A model generated the notes under the pieces. The model was not told the origin of the DNA. It saw only the letters and a program-made list of their open reading frames with translations, and ran no database searches. Shown here in pieces: positions 58,852 through 64,000 of a stretch of 64,000 bases of DNA. Position 1 is the first letter of the stretch. Every line of letters begins with the position of its first letter. Source of the stretch: the human T2T-CHM13v2.0 reference genome, Homo sapiens; the NCBI RefSeq assembly GCF_009914755.1, contig NC_060925.1. The stretch is one strand, 5' to 3'. Position numbers and translations under genes: made by a program.

Positions 58852-61800
58852 ATGGAATGGTCATCGAATGAATTGAATGCAATCATCGAATGGTCTCGAA
58901 TGGAATCATCTTCTAATGGAAAGGAATGGAATCATCGCATAGAATCGAATGGAATTATCATCGAATGGAATCGAATGGTATCAACACCAAACGGAAAAAA
59001 ACGGAATTATGGAATGGAATCGAAAAGAATCTTCGAACGGACCCGAATGGAATCATCTAATGGAATGGAATGGAATAATCCATGGACTCGAATGCAATCA
59101 TCATCGAATGGAATCGAATGGAATCATCGAATGGACTCGAATGGAATAATCATTGAACGGAATCGAATGGAATCATCATCGGATGGAAACGAATGGAATC
59201 ATCATCGAATGGAAATGAAAGGAGTCATCATCTAATGGAATTGCATGGAATCATCATAAAATGGAATCGAATGGAATCAACATCAAATGGAATCAAATGG
59301 AATCATTAAACGGAATTGAATGGAATCGTCATCGAATGAATTGAATGCAATCATCGAATGGTCTCGAATGGAATCATCTTCAAATGGAATGGAATGGAAT
59401 CATCGCATAGAATCGAATGGAATTATCATCGAATGGAATCGAATGTAATCAACATCAAACGGAAAAAAACGGAATTATCGTATGGAATCGAAGAGAATCA
59501 TCGAATGGACCCGAATGGAATCATCTAATGGAATGGAATGGAATAATCCATGGACTCGAATGCAATCATCATCGAATGGAATCGAATGGAATCATCGAAT
59601 GGACTCGAATGGAATAATCATTGAACGGAATTGAATGGAATCATCATCGGATGGAAATGAATGGAATCATCATCGAACGGAATCGAATAGAATTATGGAA
59701 TGAAATCCAGTGTGATCATCATCGAATGGACCCGAATGGAATCATCATCCAACGGAAGCTAATGGAATCAACATCGAATGAATCGAATGGAAACACCATC
59801 GAATTGAAACGAATGGAATTATCATGAAATTGAAATGGATGGACTCATCATCGAATGGATTCGAATGGAATCGTCGAATAAAATTGATTGAAATCATTAT
59901 TGAATGGAATCGAATGGTATCATTGAATGGAATCGAATGGAATCATCATCAGATGGAAATGAATGGAATCGTCATAGAATGGAATCGAATGGATTCATTG
60001 AATGGAATCAGATGGAATCATCGAATGGACTGGAATGGAATCATTGAATGGACTCGAAAGGGATCATGATTGAATGGAATTGAATGGAATCATAGAATGG
60101 TCTCGATTGGAATCATTATCAAATGGAATCGAATGGAATCACCGAATAGAATCGAACGGAACAATCATCGAATGGACTCAAATGGAATTATCCTCCAATG
60201 GAATCGAATGGAATTATCGAATGCAATCGAATGGAATTATCGAATGCAATCGAATAGAATCATCGAATGGACTCGAATGGAATCATCGAATGGAATGGAA
60301 TGGAACAGTCAATGAACACGAATGGAATCATCATTGAATGGAATCGAATGGAATCATCGAGTGGAATCGAATGGAATTATGATCAAATGGAATCGAATGT
60401 AATCATCATCAAATGGAATCAAAAATAACCATCATCAATTGGTATTGAATGGAATTGTCATCAAATGGAATTCAAAGGAATCATCATCAAATGGAACCGA
60501 ATGGAATCCTCATAGAATGGAAATGAAAGGGGTCATCATCTAATGGAATCGCATGGAATCATCATAAAATGCAATCGAATGGAATCATTATCAAATGGAA
60601 TCTAATGGAATCATTGAACAGAATTGAATGGAATCGTCATCGAATGAATTGAATGCAATCATCGAATGGTCTCGAATGGAATCATCTTCTAATGGAAAGG
60701 AATGGAATCATCGCATAGAATCGAATGGAATTATCATCGAATGGAATCGAATGGTATCAAAACCAAACGGAAAAAAACGGAATTATCGAATGGAATCGAA
60801 GAGAATCTTCGAACGGACCCGAATGGAATCATCTAATGGAATGGAATGGAATAATCCATGGACTCGAATGCAATCATCATCGAATGGAATCGAATGGAAT
60901 CATCGAATGGACTCGAATATAATAATCATTGAACGGAATCGAATGGAATCATCATCGGATGGAAACGAATGGAATCATCATCGAATGGAAATGAAAGGAG
61001 TCATCATCTAATGGAATTGCATGGAATCATCATAAAATGGAATCGAATGGAATCAACATCAAATGGAATCAAATGGAATCATTGAACGGAATTGAATGGA
61101 ATCGTCATCGAATGAATTGAATGCAATCATCGAATGGTCTCGAATGGAATCATCTTCAAATGGAATGGAATGGAATCATCGCATAGAATCGAATGGAATT
61201 ATCATCGAATGGAATCGAATGGTATCAACATCAAACGGAAAAAAACGGAATTATCGAATGGAATCGAAGAGAATCATCGAATGGACCCGAATGCAATCAT
61301 CTAAAGGAATGGAATGGAATAATCAATGGACTCGAATACAATCATCATCGAATGGAATCGAATGGAATCATCGAATGAACTCGAATGGAATAATCATTGA
61401 ACGGAATCGAATGGAATCATCATCGGATGGAAATGAATGGAATCATCATCGAATGGAATCGAATAGAATTATGGAATGAAATCCAGTGTGATCATCATCG
61501 AATGGACCCGAATGCAATCATCATCCAACGTAAGCTAATGGAATCAACATCGAATGAATCGAATGGAAACACCATCGAATTGAAACGAATGGAATTATCA
61601 TGAAATGGAAATGGATGGACTGATCATCGAATGGATTCGAATGGAATCATCGAATAAAATTGATTGAAATCATCATCAAATGGAATCGAATGGTATCATT
61701 GAATGGAATCGAATGGAATCATCATCAGATGGAAATGAATGGAATCGTCATAGAATGGAATCGAATGGATTCATTGACTGGAATCAGATGGAATCATCGA

Positions 61801-61985
61801 ATGGACTGGAATGGAATCATTGAATGGACCCGAAAGGGATCATGATTGAATGGAATTGAATGCAATCATCGAATGGTCTCGATTGGAATCATTATCAAAT
61901 GGAATCGAATGGAATCACCGAATAGAATCGAATGGAACAATCATCGAATGGACTCAAATGGAATTATCCTCAAATGCAATGGAAT

Positions 61986-62054
61986 GGAATTATCGAATGC
62001 AATCGAATGGAATTATCGAATACAATCGAATGGAATTATTGAATGCAATCGAAT
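61986..62054 (+). repeat. Three imperfect copies of a 23-bp subunit that is normally present twice
   Basis: GGAATTATCGAATGCAATCGAAT / GGAATTATCGAATACAATCGAAT / GGAATTATTGAATGCAATCGAAT. The unit spacing is 1799 = 1776 + 23. Confidence 0.88.
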
Positions 62055-64000
62055 AGAATCATCGAATGGACTCGAATGGATTCATCGAATGGAATGGAAT
62101 GGAACAGTCAATGAACTCGAATGGAATCATCATTGAATGGAATCGAAAGGAATCATCGAGTGGAATCGAATGGAATTATGATCAAATGGAATCGAATGTA
62201 ATCATCATCAAATGGAATCAAAAATAACCATCATCAATTGGTATTGAATGGAATTGTCATCAAATGGAATTCAAAGGAAACATCATAAAATGGAACCGAA
62301 TGGAATCCTCATTGAATGGAAATGAAAGGGGTCATCATCTAATGGAATCGCATGGAATCATCATCAAATGGAATCGAATGGAATCATCATCAAATGGAAT
62401 CTGATGGAATCATTGAACAGAATTGAATGGAATCGTCATGGAATGAATTGAATGCAATCATCGAATGGTCTCGAATGGAATCATCTTCTAATGGAAAGGA
62501 ATGTAATCATCGCATAGAATCGAATGGAATTATCATCGAATGGAATCGAATGGTATCAACATCAAACGGAATAAAACGGAATTATCGAATGGAATCGAAG
62601 AGAATCTTCGAACGGACCCGAATGGAATCATCTAATGGAATGGAATGGAATAATCCATGGACTGGAAGGCAATCATCATCGAATGGAATCGAATGGAATC
62701 ATGGAATGGACTCGAATGGAATAATAATTGAACGGAATCGAATGGAATCATCATCGGATGGAAACGAATGGAATCATCATCGAATGGAAATGAAAGGAGT
62801 CATCATCTAATGGAATTGCATGGAATCATCATAAAATGGAATCGAATGGAATCAACATCAAATGGAATCAAATAGAATCATTGAACGGAATTCAATGGAA
62901 TCGTCATCGAATGAATTGAATGCAATCATTGAATGGTCTCGAATGGAATCATCTTCAAATGGAATGGAATGGAATCATCGCATAGAATCGAATGGAATTA
63001 TCATCGAATGGAATCTAATGGAGTCAACATCAAACGGAAAGAAACGGAATTATCGAATGGAATCGAAGAGAATCATCGAATGGACCCGAATGGAATCATC
63101 TAATGGAATGGAATGGAATAATCCATGGACTCGAATGCAATCATCATCGAATGGAATCGAATGGAATCATCGAGTGGACTCGAATGGAATAATCATTGAA
63201 CGGAATCGAATGGCATCATCATCGGATGGAAATGAATGGAATCATCATCGAATGGAATCGAATAGAATTATGGAATGAAATCCAGTGTGATCATCATCGA
63301 ATGGACCCGAATGGAATCATCATCCAACGGAAGCTAATGGAATCAACATCGAATGAATCAAATGGAAACACCATCGAATTGAAACGAATGGAATTACCAT
63401 GAAATTGAAATGGATGGACTCATCATCGAATGGATTCGAAAGGAATCATCGAATAAAATTGATTGAAATCATCATCGAATGGAATCGAATGGTATCATTG
63501 AATGGAATCGAATGGAATCATCATCAGATGGAAATGAATGGAATCGTCATAGAATGGAATCGAATGGATTCATTGAATGGAATCAGATGGAATCATCGAA
63601 TGGACTGGAATGGAATCATTGAATGGACTCGAAAGGGATCATTATTGAAAGGAATTGAATGGAGTCATCGAATGGTCTCGATTGGAATCATTATGAAATG
63701 GAATCGAATGGAATCACGGAATAGAATCGGATGGAACAATCATCGAATGGACTCAAATGGAATTATCCTCAAATGGAATGGAATGGAATTATCGAATGCA
63801 ATCGAATGGAATTATCGAATGCAATCGAATAGAATCATCGAATGGACTCGAATGGAATCATCGAATGGAATGGAATGGAACAGTCAATGAACTCGAATGG
63901 AATCATCATTGAATGGAATCGAATGCAATCATCGAGTGGAATCGAATGGAATTATGATCAAATGGAATCGAATGTAATCATCATCAAATGGAATCAAAAA

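Larger units (their letters stand above)
1..64000 (+). repeat. Human satellite II (HSat2/HSATII) pericentromeric tandem array; 1.77-kb HSat2A-type, probably chr1q12
   Basis: Continuous degenerate GGAAT repeat with 23/26-bp ATC-interrupted subunits and very frequent TCGA, which distinguishes it from the purer (GGAAT)n of HSat3. The 1776-bp unit has a single GAATTC (first at 1775-1780, next at 3993-3998). No unique sequence anywhere. The family call is secure; the subfamily and chromosome are recalled from the literature and less certain. Confidence 0.96.
44725..64000 (+). repeat. Right, more diverged sub-array based on the 1776-bp unit
   Basis: Alleles switch to AAGCTAAT, GAAAGGGATC and GGAATCATCTTCT. 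Each unit carries many private substitutions. Observed spacings are 2244, 1776, 2267, 1870, 1110 and 1799 bp, and no 442-bp module is present. Confidence 0.88.

Noticed and set aside
185-63890. Hundreds of short + strand ORFs (MESSSNE..., MKLKWMD..., MNGIEWNH...)
   Set aside because: They are translations of the GGAAT-based repeat (MEWN/GIIE/ESS), overlap in multiple frames, and are freely broken by stops and SNPs between copies. No recognisable domain is present, so they were used only as positional markers.
1-64000. CRISPR-like repeat-spacer array
   Set aside because: There are no unique spacers between conserved repeats and no cas-like ORFs; all intervening sequence is itself degenerate satellite.
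1-64000. HSat3, alpha satellite or telomeric repeat
   Set aside because: Pure (GGAAT)n runs are only about 3 copies long and ATC-interrupted 23/26-bp TCGA-rich subunits dominate. No 171-bp period, CENP-B box or TTAGGG tract was seen.
1-64000. Absence of minus-strand ORFs as evidence of + strand coding
   Set aside because: Frequent TCA on the + strand yields TGA stops on the minus strand, so the bias is compositional.

Overview
All 64 kb are one uninterrupted tandem satellite array, with the GGAAT/GAATG-rich strand on + from end to end. It is built from degenerate (GGAAT) pentamers arranged as 23/26-bp subunits such as GAATGGAATC(ATC)ATCGAATGGAATC, with dense TCGA sites. This is the signature of human classical satellite II (HSat2/HSATII). 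The base higher-order unit is 1776 bp with one EcoRI site, matching the 1.77-kb HSat2A-type repeat of chromosome 1q12 (D1Z1/pUC1.77); the chromosome assignment is from recall, not from a search. I see no genes, mobile elements, RNA genes or CRISPR arrays, and the listed ORFs are translations of the repeat. The interesting content is architectural. Units are assembled from a constant 1308-bp segment plus 468- or 442-bp modules, giving 1750, 1776, 2218 and 2244-bp units. A homogeneous left domain (about 1-44.7 kb) has a second-level 7.5-9.2-kb periodicity and a near-perfect 9244-bp duplication. At about 44.7 kb it switches abruptly to a more diverged right domain carrying small duplications, a 666-bp deletion and module conversions. 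I found no evidence for a new gene-encoded system. All comparisons were made by eye from marker variants and ORF-track spacings, not by alignment.
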